A stretch of DNA of 64,000 bases from positions 35,001 through 99,000 of the forward strand of contig CAXHJY010000763.1 of the NCBI GenBank assembly GCA_964016885.1, written 5' to 3'. How positions within the stretch are numbered: position 1 is the stretch's first letter; every line of letters starts with the position of its first letter. The notes beneath the pieces were generated by a model. It worked only from the letters and a program-made list of their open reading frames with translations, had not been told where the DNA came from and searched no databases. Origin of the DNA: Eledone cirrhosa. Taxonomy: Eukaryota. The position numbers and the translations under genes were made by a program. This document shows positions 1 through 12,400 of the stretch, piece after piece.

Positions 1-195
1 GGCAATGAGTGTCTGCACATGTACCAGTAATTACAAATCGATCCGACCACGGGCGGCCGGCCACGATCGAAAAGGTAACTCCGCCGGCAAATTCGCATTT
101 TTGTGATTCGTTTCTTCGAAGCACACCATTCGCTGGTGGACTTCAGCTTCCTCATTTAGCATGGGCAGCTTTTCTTGAAAATCACACCACACACA
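1..195 (+). repeat. Representative 195-bp monomer class ('short', 45 copies counted)
   Basis: Linked markers are GGCAAT, CATG(T/C)ACC, CAAATCGAT and loss of one C (GGCCGGCCAC vs GGCCGGCCCAC). Each copy gives the frameshifted minus-strand ORF ending SWPAARGRIDL (SWPAARRRIDL in one copy) in the ORF track. Confidence 0.93.
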
Positions 196-391
196 GCCAA
201 TGAGTGTCTGCACATATACCAGTAATTACAGATCGATCCGACCACGGGCGGCCGGCCCACGATCGAAAAGGTAACTCCGCCGGCAAATTCGCATTTTTGT
301 GATTCGTTTCTTCGAAGCACACCATTCGCTGGTGGACTTCAGCTTCCGCATTTAGCATGGGCAGCTTTTCTTGAAAATCACACCACACACT
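196..391 (+). repeat. Representative 196-bp monomer (majority length class)
   Basis: GCCAATGAGTGTCTGCAC...AAATCACACCACACAC(A/T). Hand count: 56 C + 42 G = 50% GC, 14 CpG. Confidence 0.97.
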
Positions 392-1762
392 GCAAATGTG
401 TGTCTGCACATGGACCAGTAATTACAGATCGATCCGACCATAGGCGGCCGGCCCACGATCGAAAAGGTAACTCCGCCGGCAAATTCGCATTTTTGTGATT
501 CGTTTCTTCGAAGCACACCATTCGCTGCTGGACTTCAGCTTCCGCATTTAGCATGGGCAGCTTTTCTTGAAAATCACACCACACACAGCTAATGAGTGTC
601 TGCACCTATACCAGTTATTACAGATCGATCCGACCATGGGCAGCCGGCCCACGATCGAAAAGGTAACTCCGCCGGCAAATTCGCATTTTTGTGATTCGTT
701 TCTTCGAAGCACACCATTCGCTGGTGGACTTCAGCTTCCGCATTTAGCATGGGCAACGTTTCGTGAAAATCACACCACACAGAGCAAATGTGTGTCTGCA
801 CATGGACCAGTAATTACAGATCGATTCGACCACAGGCGGCCGGCCCACGATCGAAAAGGTAACTCCGCCGGCAAATTCGCATTTTTGTGATTCGTTTCTT
901 CGAAGCACACCATTCGCTGGTGGACTTCAGCTTCCGCATTTAGCATGGGCAACTTTTCTTGAAAATCACACCACACACAGGCAATGAGGGTCTGCACATG
1001 TACCAGTAATTACAAATCGATCCGACCACGGGCGGCCGGCCAGGATCGAAAAGGTAACTCCGCCGGCAAATTCGCATTTTTGTGATTCGTTTCTTCGAAG
1101 CACACCATTCGCTGGTGGACTTCAGCTTCCTCATTTAGCATGGGCAGCTTTTCTTGAACATCACACCACACACAGCCAATGAGTGTTTGCACATATACCA
1201 GTAATTACAGATCGATCCGACCACGGGCGGCCAGCCCACGATCGAAAAGGTAACTCCGCCGGCAAATTCGCATTTTTGTGATTCGTTTCTTCGAAGCACA
1301 CCATTCGCTGGTGGACTTCAGCTTCCGCATTTAGCATGGGCAACTTTTCTTGAAAATCACACCACACACAGCTAATGAGTGTATGCACATATACCAGTAA
1401 TTACAGATCGATCCGACCACGGGCGGCCGGCCCACGATCGAAAAGGTAACTCCGCCGGCAAATTCGCATTTTTGTGATTCGTTTCTTCGAAGCACACCAT
1501 TCGCTGGTGGACTTCAGCTTCCGCATTTAGCATGGGCAGCTTTTCTTGAACATCACACCACACACAGCCAATGAGTGTCTCCACATATACCAGTAATTAC
1601 AGATCGATCCGACCACGGGCGGCCGGCCCACGATCGAAAAGGTAACTCCGCCGGCAAATTCGCATTTTTGTGATTCGTTTCTTCGAAGCACACCATTCGC
1701 TGGTAGACTTCAGCTTCCGCATTTAGCATGGGCAGCGTTTCTTGAAAATCACACCACACACA

Positions 1763-1959
1763 GTCAATGAGTGTCTGCACATATACCAGTAATTACAGAT
1801 CGATCCGACCAGAGGCGGCCGGCCCACGATCGAAAAGGTAACTCCGCCGGTAAATAGTCATTTTTGTGATTCGTTTTCTTCGAAGCACACCATTCGCCGC
1901 CGGACTTCAGCTTCCTCATTTAGCATGGGCAGTTTTTCTTGAACATCACACCACACACA
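1763..1959 (+). repeat. Representative 197-bp divergent monomer class ('long', 48 copies plus 1 recombinant counted)
   Basis: Linked markers are GGTAAATAGTC (vs GGCAAATTCGC), an extra T in GATTCGTTTTC, CGCC(G/A)CCGGAC (vs CGCTGGTGGAC) and usually AGTTTTTC. These copies correspond to gaps in the ORF track. Confidence 0.93.
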
Positions 1960-4900
1960 GCAAATTTGTGTTTGCACATGGACCAGTAATTACAGATCGA
2001 TCCGACCATAGGCGGCCGGCCCACGATCGAAAAGGTAACTCCGCCGGCAAATTCGCATTTTTGTGATTCGTTTCTTCGAAGCACACCATTCGCTGGTGGA
2101 CTTCAGCTTCCGCATTTAGCATGGGCAGCTTTTCTTGAAAATCACACCACACACAGCAAATTTGTGTTTGCACATGGACCAGTAATTACAGATCGATCCG
2201 ACCATAGGCGGCCGGCCCACGATCGAAAAGGTAACTCCGCCGGCAAATTCGCATTTTTGTGATTCGTTTCTTCGAAGCACACCATTCGCTGGTGGACTTC
2301 AGCTTCCGCATTTAGCATGGGCAACTTTTCTTGAACATCACACCACACACAGCCAATGAGTGTCTGCACATATACCAGTAATTACAGATCGATCCGACCA
2401 CGGGCGGCCGGCCCACGATCGAAAAGGTAACTCCGCCGGCAAATTCGCATTTTTGTGATTCGTTTCTTCGAAGCACACCATTCGCTGGTGGACTTCAGCT
2501 TCCGCATTTAGCATGGGCAGCTTTTCTTGAAAATCACACCACACACAGTCAATGAGTGTCTGCACATATACCAGTAATTACAGATCGATCCGACCACGGG
2601 CGGCCGGCCCACGATCGAAAAGGTAACTCCGCCGGCAAATTCGCATTTTTGTGATTCGTTTCTTCGAAGCACACCATTCGCTGGTGGAATTCAGCTTCCT
2701 CATTTAGCATGGGCAGCTTTTCTTGAAAATCACACCATACACAGCCAATGAGTGTATGCACATATACCAGTAATTACAGATCGATCCGACTACGGGCGGC
2801 CGGCCCACGATCGAAAAGGTAACTCCGCCGGCAAATTCGCATTTTTGTGATTCGTTTCTTCGAAGCACACCATTCGCTGGTGGACTTCAGCTTCCTCATT
2901 TAGCATGGGCAGCTTTTCTTGAACATCACACCACACACAGCCAATGAGTGTCTGCACATATACCAGTAATTACAGATCGATCCGACCACGGGCGGCCAGC
3001 CCACGATCGAAAAGGTAACTCCGCCGGCAAATTCGCATTTTTGTGATTCGTTTCTTCGAAGCACACCATTCGCTGGTGGACTTCAGCTTCCGCATTTAGC
3101 ATGGGCAACTTTTCTTGAAAATCACACCACACACAGCTAATGAGTGTATGCACATATACCAGTAATTACAGATCGATCCGACCACGGGCGGCCGGCCCAC
3201 GATCGAAAAGGTAACTCCGCCGGCAAATTCGCATTTTTGTGATTCGTTTCTTCGAAGCACACCATTCGCTGGTGGACTTCAGCTTCCGCATTTAGCATGG
3301 GCAGCTTTTCTTGAACATCACACCACACACAGCCAATGAGTGTCTCCACATATACCAGTAATTACAGATCGATCCGACCACGGGCGGCCGGCCCACGATC
3401 GAAAAGGTAACTCCGCCGGCAAATTCGCATTTTTGTGATTCGTTTCTTCGAAGCACACCATTCGCTGGTAGACTTCAGCTTCCGCATTTAGCATGGGCAG
3501 CGTTTCTTGAAAATCACACCACACACAGTCAATGAGTGTCTGCACATATACCAGTAATTACAGATCGATCCGACCAGAGGCGGCCGGCCCACGATCGAAA
3601 AGGTAACTCCGCCGGTAAATAGTCATTTTTGTGATTCGTTTTCTTCGAAGCACACCATTCGCCGCCGGACTTCAGCTTCCTCATTTAGCATGGGCAGTTT
3701 TTCTTGAACATCACACCACACACAGCCAATGAGTGTCTGCACATATACCAGTAATTACAGATCGATCCGACTACGGGCGGCCGGCCCACGATCGAAAAGG
3801 TAACTCCGCCGGCAAATTCGCATTTTTGTGATTCGTTTCTTCGAAGCACACCATTCGCTGGTGGACTTCAGCTTCCGCATTTAGCATGGGCAGCTTTTCT
3901 TGAAAATCACACCACACACAGCAGATGTGTGTCTGCACATGGACCAGTAATTACAGATCGATCCGACCATAGGCGGCCGGCCCACGATCGAAAAGGTAAC
4001 TCCGCCGGCAAATTCGCATTTTTGTGATTCGTTTCTTCGAAGCACACCATTCGCTGGTGGACTTCAGCTTCCGCATTTAGCATGGGCAGCTTTTCTTGAA
4101 AATCACACCACACACAGCAAATTTGTGTTTGCACATGGACCAGTAATTACAGATCGATCCGACCATAGGCGGCCGGCCCACGATCGAAAAGGTAACTCCG
4201 CCGGCAAATTCGCATTTTTGTGATTCGTTTCTTCGAAGCACACCATTCGCTGGTGGACTTCAGCTTCCGCATTTAGCATGGGCAACTTTTCTTGAACATC
4301 ACACCACACACAGCCAATGAGTGTCTGCACATATACCAGTAATTACAGATCGATCCGACCACGGGCGGCCGGCCCACGATCGAAAAGGTAACTCCGCCGG
4401 CAAATTCGCATTTTTGTGATTCGTTTCTTCGAAGCACACCATTCGCTGGTGGACTTCAGCTTCCGCATTTAGCATGGGCAACTTTTCTTGAAAATCACAC
4501 CACACACAGGCAATGAGTGTCTGCACATGTACCAGTAATTACAAATCGATCCGACCACGGGCGGCCGGCCACGATCGAAAAGGTAACTCCGCCGGCAAAT
4601 TCGCATTTTTGTGATTCGTTTCTTCGAAGCACACCATTCGCTGGTGGACTTCAGCTTCCGCATTTAGCATGGGCAGCTTTTCTTGAACATCACACCACAC
4701 ACAGCCAATGAGTGTCTCCACATATACCAGTAATTACAGATCGATCCGACCACGGGCGGCCGGCCCACGATCGAAAAGGTAACTCCGCCGGCAAATTCGC
4801 ATTTTTTTGATTCGTTTCTTCGAAGCACACTATTCGCTGGTAGACTTCAGCTTCCGCATTTAGCATGGGCAGCGTTTCTTGAAAATCACACCACACACAG

Positions 4901-7900
4901 TCAATGAGTGTCTGCACATATACCAGTAATTACAGATCGATCCGACCAGAGGCGGCCGGCCCACGATCGAAAAGGTAACTCCGCCGGTAAATAGTCATTT
5001 TTGTGATTCGTTTTCTTCGAAGCACACCATTCGCCACCGGACTTCAGCTTCCTCATTTAGCATGGGCAGTTTTTCTTGAACATCACACCACACACAGCCA
5101 ATGAGTGTCTGCACATATACCAGTAATTACAGATCGATCCGACCACGGGCGGCCGGCCCACGATCGAAAAGGTAACTCCGCCGGCAAATTCGCATTTTTG
5201 TGATTCGTTTTCTTCGAAGCACACCATTCGCCGCCGGACTTCAGCTTCCTCATTTAGCATGGGCAGTTTTTCTTGAACATCACACCACACACAGCCAATG
5301 AGTGTCTGCACATATACCAGTAATTACAGATCGATCCGACCACGGGCGGCCGGCCCACGATCGAAAAGGTAACTCCGCCGGCAAATTCGCATTTTTGTGA
5401 TTCGTTTCTTCGAAGCACACCATTCGCTGGTGGACTTCAGCTTCCGCATTTAGCATGGGCAGCTTTTCTTGAAAATCACACCACACACAGCAGATGTGTG
5501 TCTGCACATGGACCAGTAATTACAGATCGATCCGACCATAGGCGGCCGGCCCACGATCGAAAAGGTAACTCCGCCGGCAAATTCGCATTTTTGTGATTCG
5601 TTTCTTCGAAGCACACCATTCGCTGGTGGACTTCAGCTTCCGCATTTAGCATGGGCAGCTTTTCTTGAAAATCACACCACACACAGCAAATTTGTGTTTG
5701 CACATGGACCAGTAATTACAGATCGATCCGACCATAGGCGGCCGGCCCACGATCGAAAAGGTAACTCCGCCGGCAAATTCGCATTTTTGTGATTCGTTTC
5801 TTCGAAGCACACCATTCGCTGGTGGACTTCAGCTTCCGCATTTAGCATGGGCAACTTTTCTTGAACATCACACCACACACAGCCAATGAGTGTCTGCACA
5901 TATACCAGTAATTACAGATCGATCCGACCACGGGCGGCCGGCCCACGATCGAAAAGGTAACTCCGCCGGCAAATTCGCATTTTTGTGATTCGTTTCTTCG
6001 AAGCACACCATTCGCTGGTGGACTTCAGCTTCCGCATTTAGCATGGGCAACTTTTCTTGAAAATCACACCACACACAGGCAATGAGTGTCTGCACATGTA
6101 CCAGTAATTACAAATCGATCCGACCACGGGCGGCCGGCCACGATCGAAAAGGTAACTCCGCCGGCAAATTCGCATTTTTGTGATTCGTTTCTTCGAAGCA
6201 CACCAACCGCTGGTGGAATTCAGCTTCCTCATTTAGCATGGGCAGCTTTTCTTGAAAATCACACCATACACAGCCAATGAGTGTATGCACATATACCAGT
6301 AATTACAGATCGATCCGACCACGGGCGGCCGGCCCACGATCGAAAAGGTAACTCCGCCGGCAAATTCGCATTTTTGTGATTCGTTTCTTCGAAGCACACC
6401 ATTCGCTGGTGGACTTCAGCTTCCGCATTTAGCATGGGCAGCTTTTCTTGAACATCACACCACACACAGCCAATGAGTGTCTCCACATATACCAGTAATT
6501 ACAGATCGATCCGACCACGGGCGGCCGGCCCACGATCGAAAAGGTAACTCCGCCGGCAAATTCGCATTTTTTTGATTCGTTTCTTCGAAGCACACTATTC
6601 GCTGGTAGACTTCAGCTTCCGCATTTAGCATGGGCAGCGTTTCTTGAAAATCACACCACACACAGTCAATGAGTGTCTGCACATATACCAGTAATTACAG
6701 ATCGATCCGACCAGAGGCGGCCGGCCCACGATCGAAAAGGTAACTCCGCCGGTAAATAGTCATTTTTGTGATTCGTTTTCTTCGAAGCACACCATTCGCC
6801 ACCGGACTTCAGCTTCCTCATTTAGCATGGGCAGTTTTTCTTGAACATCACACCACACACAGCCAATGAGTGTCTGCACATATACCAGTAATTACAGATC
6901 GATCCGACCACGGGCGGCCGGCCCACGATCGAAAAGGTAACTCCGCCGGCAAATTCGCATTTTTGTGATTCGTTTCTTCGAAGCACACCATTCGCTGGTG
7001 GACTTCAGCTTCCGCATTTAGCATGGGCAGCTTTTCTTGAAAATCACACCACACACAGCAAATGTGTGTCTGCACATGGACCAGTAATTACAGATCGATC
7101 CGACCATAGGCGGCCGGCCCACGATCGAAAAGGTAACTCCGCCGGCAAATTCGCATTTTTGTGATTCGTTTCTTCGAAGCACACCATTCGCTGCTGGACT
7201 TCAGCTTCCGCATTTAGCATGGGCAGCTTTTCTTGAAAATCACACCACACACAGCTAATGAGTGTCTGCACCTATACCAGTTATTACAGATCGATCCGAC
7301 CATGGGCAGCCGGCCCACGATCGAAAAGGTAACTCCGCCGGCAAATTCGCATTTTTGTGATTCGTTTCTTCGAAGCACACCATTCGCTGGTGGACTTCAG
7401 CTTCCGCATTTAGCATGGGCAACGTTTCGTGAAAATCACACCACACAGAGCAAATGTGTGTCTGCACATGGACCAGTAATTACAGATCGATTCGACCACA
7501 GGCGGCCGGCCCACGATCGAAAAGGTAACTCCGCCGGCAAATTCGCATTTTTGTGATTCGTTTCTTCGAAGCACACCATTCGCTGGTGGACTTCAGCTTC
7601 CGCATTTAGCATGGGCAACTTTTCTTGAAAATCACACCACACACAGGCAATGAGGGTCTGCACATGTACCAGTAATTACAAATCGATCCGACCACGGGCG
7701 GCCGGCCAGGATCGAAAAGGTAACTCCGCCGGCAAATTCGCATTTTTGTGATTCGTTTCTTCGAAGCACACCATTCGCTGGTGGACTTCAGCTTCCTCAT
7801 TTAGCATGGGCAGCTTTTCTTGAACATCACACCACACACAGCCAATGAGTGTCTGCACATATACCAGTAATTACAGATCGATCCGACCACGGGCGGCCAG

Positions 7901-9436
7901 CCCACGATCGAAAAGGTAACTCCGCCGGCAAATTCGCATTTTTGTGATTCGTTTCTTCGAAGCACACCATTCGCTGGTGGACTTCAGCTTCCGCATTTAG
8001 CATGGGCAACTTTTCTTGAAAATCACACCACACACAGCTAATGAGTGTATGCACATATACCAGTAATTACAGATCGATCCGACCACGGGCGGCCGGCCCA
8101 CGATCGAAAAGGTAACTCCGCCGGCAAATTCGCATTTTTGTGATTCGTTTCTTCGAAGCACACCATTCGCTGGTGGACTTCAGCTTCCGCATTTAGCATG
8201 GGCAGCTTTTCTTGAACATCACACCACACACAGCCAATGAGTGTCTCCACATATACCAGTAATTACAGATCGATCCGACCACGGGCGGCCGGCCCACGAT
8301 CGAAAAGGTAACTCCGCCGGCAAATTCGCATTTTTGTGATTCGTTTCTTCGAAGCACACCATTCGCTGGTAGACTTCAGCTTCCGCATTTAGCATGGGCA
8401 GCGTTTCTTGAAAATCACACCACACACAGTCAATGAGTGTCTGCACATATACCAGTAATTACAGATCGATCCGACCAGAGGCGGCCGGCCCACGATCGAA
8501 AAGGTAACTCCGCCGGTAAATAGTCATTTTTGTGATTCGTTTTCTTCGAAGCACACCATTCGCCGCCGGACTTCAGCTTCCTCATTTAGCATGGGCAGTT
8601 TTTCTTGAACATCACACCACACACAGCCAATGAGTGTCTGCACATATACCAGTAATTACAGATCGATCCGACCACGGGCGGCCGGCCCACGATCGAAAAG
8701 GTAACTCCGCCGGCAAATTCGCATTTTTGTGATTCGTTTCTTCGAAGCACACCATTCGCTGGTGGACTTCAGCTTCCGCAATTAGCATGGGCAGCTTTTC
8801 TTGAAAATCACACCACACACAGCAGATGTGTGTCTGCACATGGACCAGTAATTACAGATCGATCCGACCATAGGCGGCCGGCCCACGATCGAAAAGGTAA
8901 CTCCGCCGGCAAATTCGCATTTTTGTGATTCGTTTCTTCGAAGCACACCATTCGCTGGTGGACTTCAGCTTCCGCATTTAGCATGGGCAGCTTTTCTTGA
9001 AAATCACACCACACACAGCAAATTTGTGTTTGCACATGGACCAGTAATTACAGATCGATCCGACCATAGGCGGCCGGCCCACGATCGAAAAGGTAACTCC
9101 GCCGGCAAATTCGCATTTTTGTGATTCGTTTCTTCGAAGCACACCATTCGCTGGTGGACTTCAGCTTCCGCATTTAGCATAGGCAACTTTTCTTGAACAT
9201 CACACCACACACAGCCAATGAGTGTCTGCACATATACCAGTAATTACAGATCGATCCGACCACGGGCGGCCGGCCCACGATCGAAAAGGTAACTCCGCCG
9301 GCAAATTCGCATTTTTGTGATTCGTTTCTTCGAAGCACACCATTCGCTGGTGGACTTCAGCTTCCGCATTTAGCATGGGCAACTTTTCTTGAAAATCACA
9401 CCACACACAGTCAATGAGTGTCTGCACATATACCAG

Positions 9437-12400
9437 TAATTACAGATCGATCCGACCAGAGGCGGCCGGCCCACGATCGAAAAGGTAACTCCGCCGGTAA
9501 ATAGTCATTTTTGTGATTCGTTTTCTTCGAAGCACACCATTCGCCGCCGGACTTCAGCTTCCTCATTTAGCATGGGCAGTTTTTCTTGAACATCACACCA
9601 CACACAGCCAATGAGTGTCTGCACATATACCAGTAATTACAGATCGATCCGACCACGGGCGGCCGGCCCACGATCGAAAAGGTAACTCCGCCGGCAAATT
9701 CGCATTTTTGTGATTCGTTTCTTCGAAGCACACCATTCGCTGGTGGACTTCAGCTTCCGCATTTAGCATGGGCAGCTTTTCTTGAAAATCACACCACACA
9801 CAGCAGATGTGTGTCTGCACATGGACCAGTAATTACAGATCGATCCGACCATAGGCGGCCGGCCCACGATCGAAAAGGTAACTCCGCCGGCAAATTCGCA
9901 TTTTTGTGATTCGTTTCTTCGAAGCACACCATTCGCTGGTGGACTTCAGCTTCCGCATTTAGCATGGGCAGCTTTTCTTGAAAATCACACCACACACAGC
10001 AAATTTGTGTTTGCACATGGACCAGTAATTACAGATCGATCCGACCATAGGCGGCCGGCCCACGATCGAAAAGGTAACTCCGCCGGCAAATTCGCATTTT
10101 TGTGATTCGTTTCTTCGAAGCACACCATTCGCTGGTGCACTTCAGCTTCCGCATTTAGTATGGGCACCTTTTCTTGCAAATCACACCACACACAGCAAAT
10201 TTGTGTTTGCACATGGACCAGTAATTACAGATCGATCCGACCATAGGCGGCCGGCCCACGATCGAAAAGGTAACTCCGCCGGCAAATTCGCATTTTTGTG
10301 ATTCGTTTCTTCGAAGCACACCATTCGCTGGTGGACTTCAGCTTCCGCATTTAGCATGGGCAACTTTTCTTGAAAATCACACCACACACAGGCAATGAGT
10401 GTCTGCACATGTACCAGTAATTACAAATCGATCCGACCACGGGCGGCCGGCCACGATCGAAAAGGTAACTCCGCCGGCAAATTCGCATTTTTGTGATTCG
10501 TTTCTTCGAAGCACACCATTCGCTGGTGGACTTCAGCCTCCTCATTTAGCATGGGCAGCTTTTCTTGAACATCACACCACACACAGCCAATGAGTGTCTG
10601 CACATATACCAGTAATTACAGATCGATCCGACCACGGGCGGCCGGCCCACGATCGAAAAGGTAACTCCGCCGGCAAATTCGCATTTTTGTGATTCGTTTC
10701 TTCGAAGCACACCATTCGCTGGTGGACTTCAGCTTCCGCATTTAGCATAGGCAGCTTTTCTTGAACATCACACCACACACAGCCAATGAGTGTCTCCACA
10801 TATACCAGTAATTACAGATCGATCCGACCACGGGCGGCCGGCCTACGATCGAAAAGGTAACTCCGCCGGCAAATTCGCATTTTTGTGATTCGTTTCTTCG
10901 AAGCACACCATTCGCTGGTAGACTTCAGCTTCCGCATTTAGCATGGGCAGCGTTTCTTGAAAATCACACCACACACAGTCAATGAGTGTCTGCACATATA
11001 CCACTAATTACAGATCGATCCGACCACAGGCGGCCGGCCCACGATCGAAAAGGTAACTCCGCCGGTAAATAGTCATTTTTGTGATTCGTTTTCTTCGAAG
11101 CACACCATTCGCCGCCGGACTTCAGCTTCCTCATTTAGCATGGGCAGTTTTTCTTGAACATCACACCACACACAGCCAATGAGTGTCTGCACATATACCA
11201 GTAATTACAGATCGATCCGACCACGGGCGGCCGGCCCACGATCGAAAAGGTAACTCCGCCGGCAAATTCGCATTTTTGTGATTCGTTTCTTCGAAGCACA
11301 CCATTCGCTGGTGGACTTCAGCTTCCTCATTTAGCATGGGCAGCTTTTCTTGAAAATCACACCACACACAGCCAATGAGTGTCTGCACATATACCAGTAA
11401 TTACAGATCGATCCGACCACAGGCGGCCGGCCCACGATCGAAAAGGTAACTCCGCCGGCAAATTCGCATTTTTGTGATTCGTTTCTTCGAAGCACACCAT
11501 TCGCTGGTGGACTTCAGCTTCCGCATTTAGCATGGGCAACTTTTCTTGAAAATCACACCACACACAGGCAATGAGTGTCTGCACATGTACCAGTAATTAC
11601 AAATCGATCCGACCACGGGCGGCCGGCCACGATCGAAAAGGTAACTCCGCCGGCAAATTCGCATTTTTGTGATTCGTTTCTTCGAAGCACACCATTCGCT
11701 GGTGGACTTCAGCCTCCTCATTTAGCATGGGCAGCTTTTCTTGAACATCACACCACACACAGCCAATGAGTGTCTGCACATATACCAGTAATTACAGATC
11801 GATCCGACCACGGGCGGCCGGCCCACGATCGAAAAGGTAACTCCGCCGGCAAATTCGCATTTTTGTGATTCGTTTCTTCGAAGCACACCATTCGCTGGTG
11901 GACTTCAGCTTCCGCATTTAGCATAGGCAGCTTTTCTTGAACATCACACCACACACAGCCAATGAGTGTCTCCACATATACCAGTAATTACAGATCGATC
12001 CGACCACGGGCGGCCGGCCCACGATCGAAAAGGTAACTCCGCCGGCAAATTCGCATTTTTGTGATTCGTTTCTTCGAAGCACACCATTCGCTGGTAGACT
12101 TCAGCTTCCGCATTTAGCATGGGCAGCGTTTCTTGAAAATCACACCACACACAGTCAATGAGTGTCTGCACATATACCACTAATTACAGATCGATCCGAC
12201 CAGAGGCGGCCGGCCCACGATCGAAAAGGTAACTCCGCCGGTAAATAGTCATTTTTGTGATTCGTTTTCTTCGAAGCACACCATTCGCCGCCGGACTTCA
12301 GCTTCCTCATTTAGCATGGGCAGTTTTTCTTGAACATCACACCACACACAGCCAATGAGTGTCTGCACATATACCAGTAATTACAGATCGATCCGACCAC

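Noticed and set aside
231-239. GATCGATCC as a Pol III B-box (GWTCRAnnC), implying a tRNA, 5S or SINE-derived array
   Set aside because: The match is short and degenerate. I found no convincing A-box at normal spacing, no cloverleaf, and no similarity to 5S rRNA or snRNA that I can recognise.
255-340. CENP-B box (TTCGnnnnAnnCGGG) at the several TTCG/CGAA motifs
   Set aside because: None has CGGG at the required spacing on either strand.
196-391. Trypanosoma cruzi 195-bp satellite (similar length and GC)
   Set aside because: Motifs I recall from that repeat (GAGCTCTTGCCCACAC, CACACACTGGACACCAA) are not present on either strand. Length alone is insufficient, and a BLAST search would settle it.
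380-391. CACACCACACAC as a microsatellite or telomere-like tract
   Set aside because: It is only ~12-15 bp and of constant length in all monomers, so it is an ordinary part of the unit.
567-890. 107-aa plus-strand ORF (also at 7233, 49373, 53294, 55058, 60546) and the 64-aa MSAH... ORFs
   Set aside because: They arise by chance read-through where a variant (GTAATT to GTTATT, TTCTTG to TTCGTG) or the 1-bp deletion removes a stop. There is no coding evidence.
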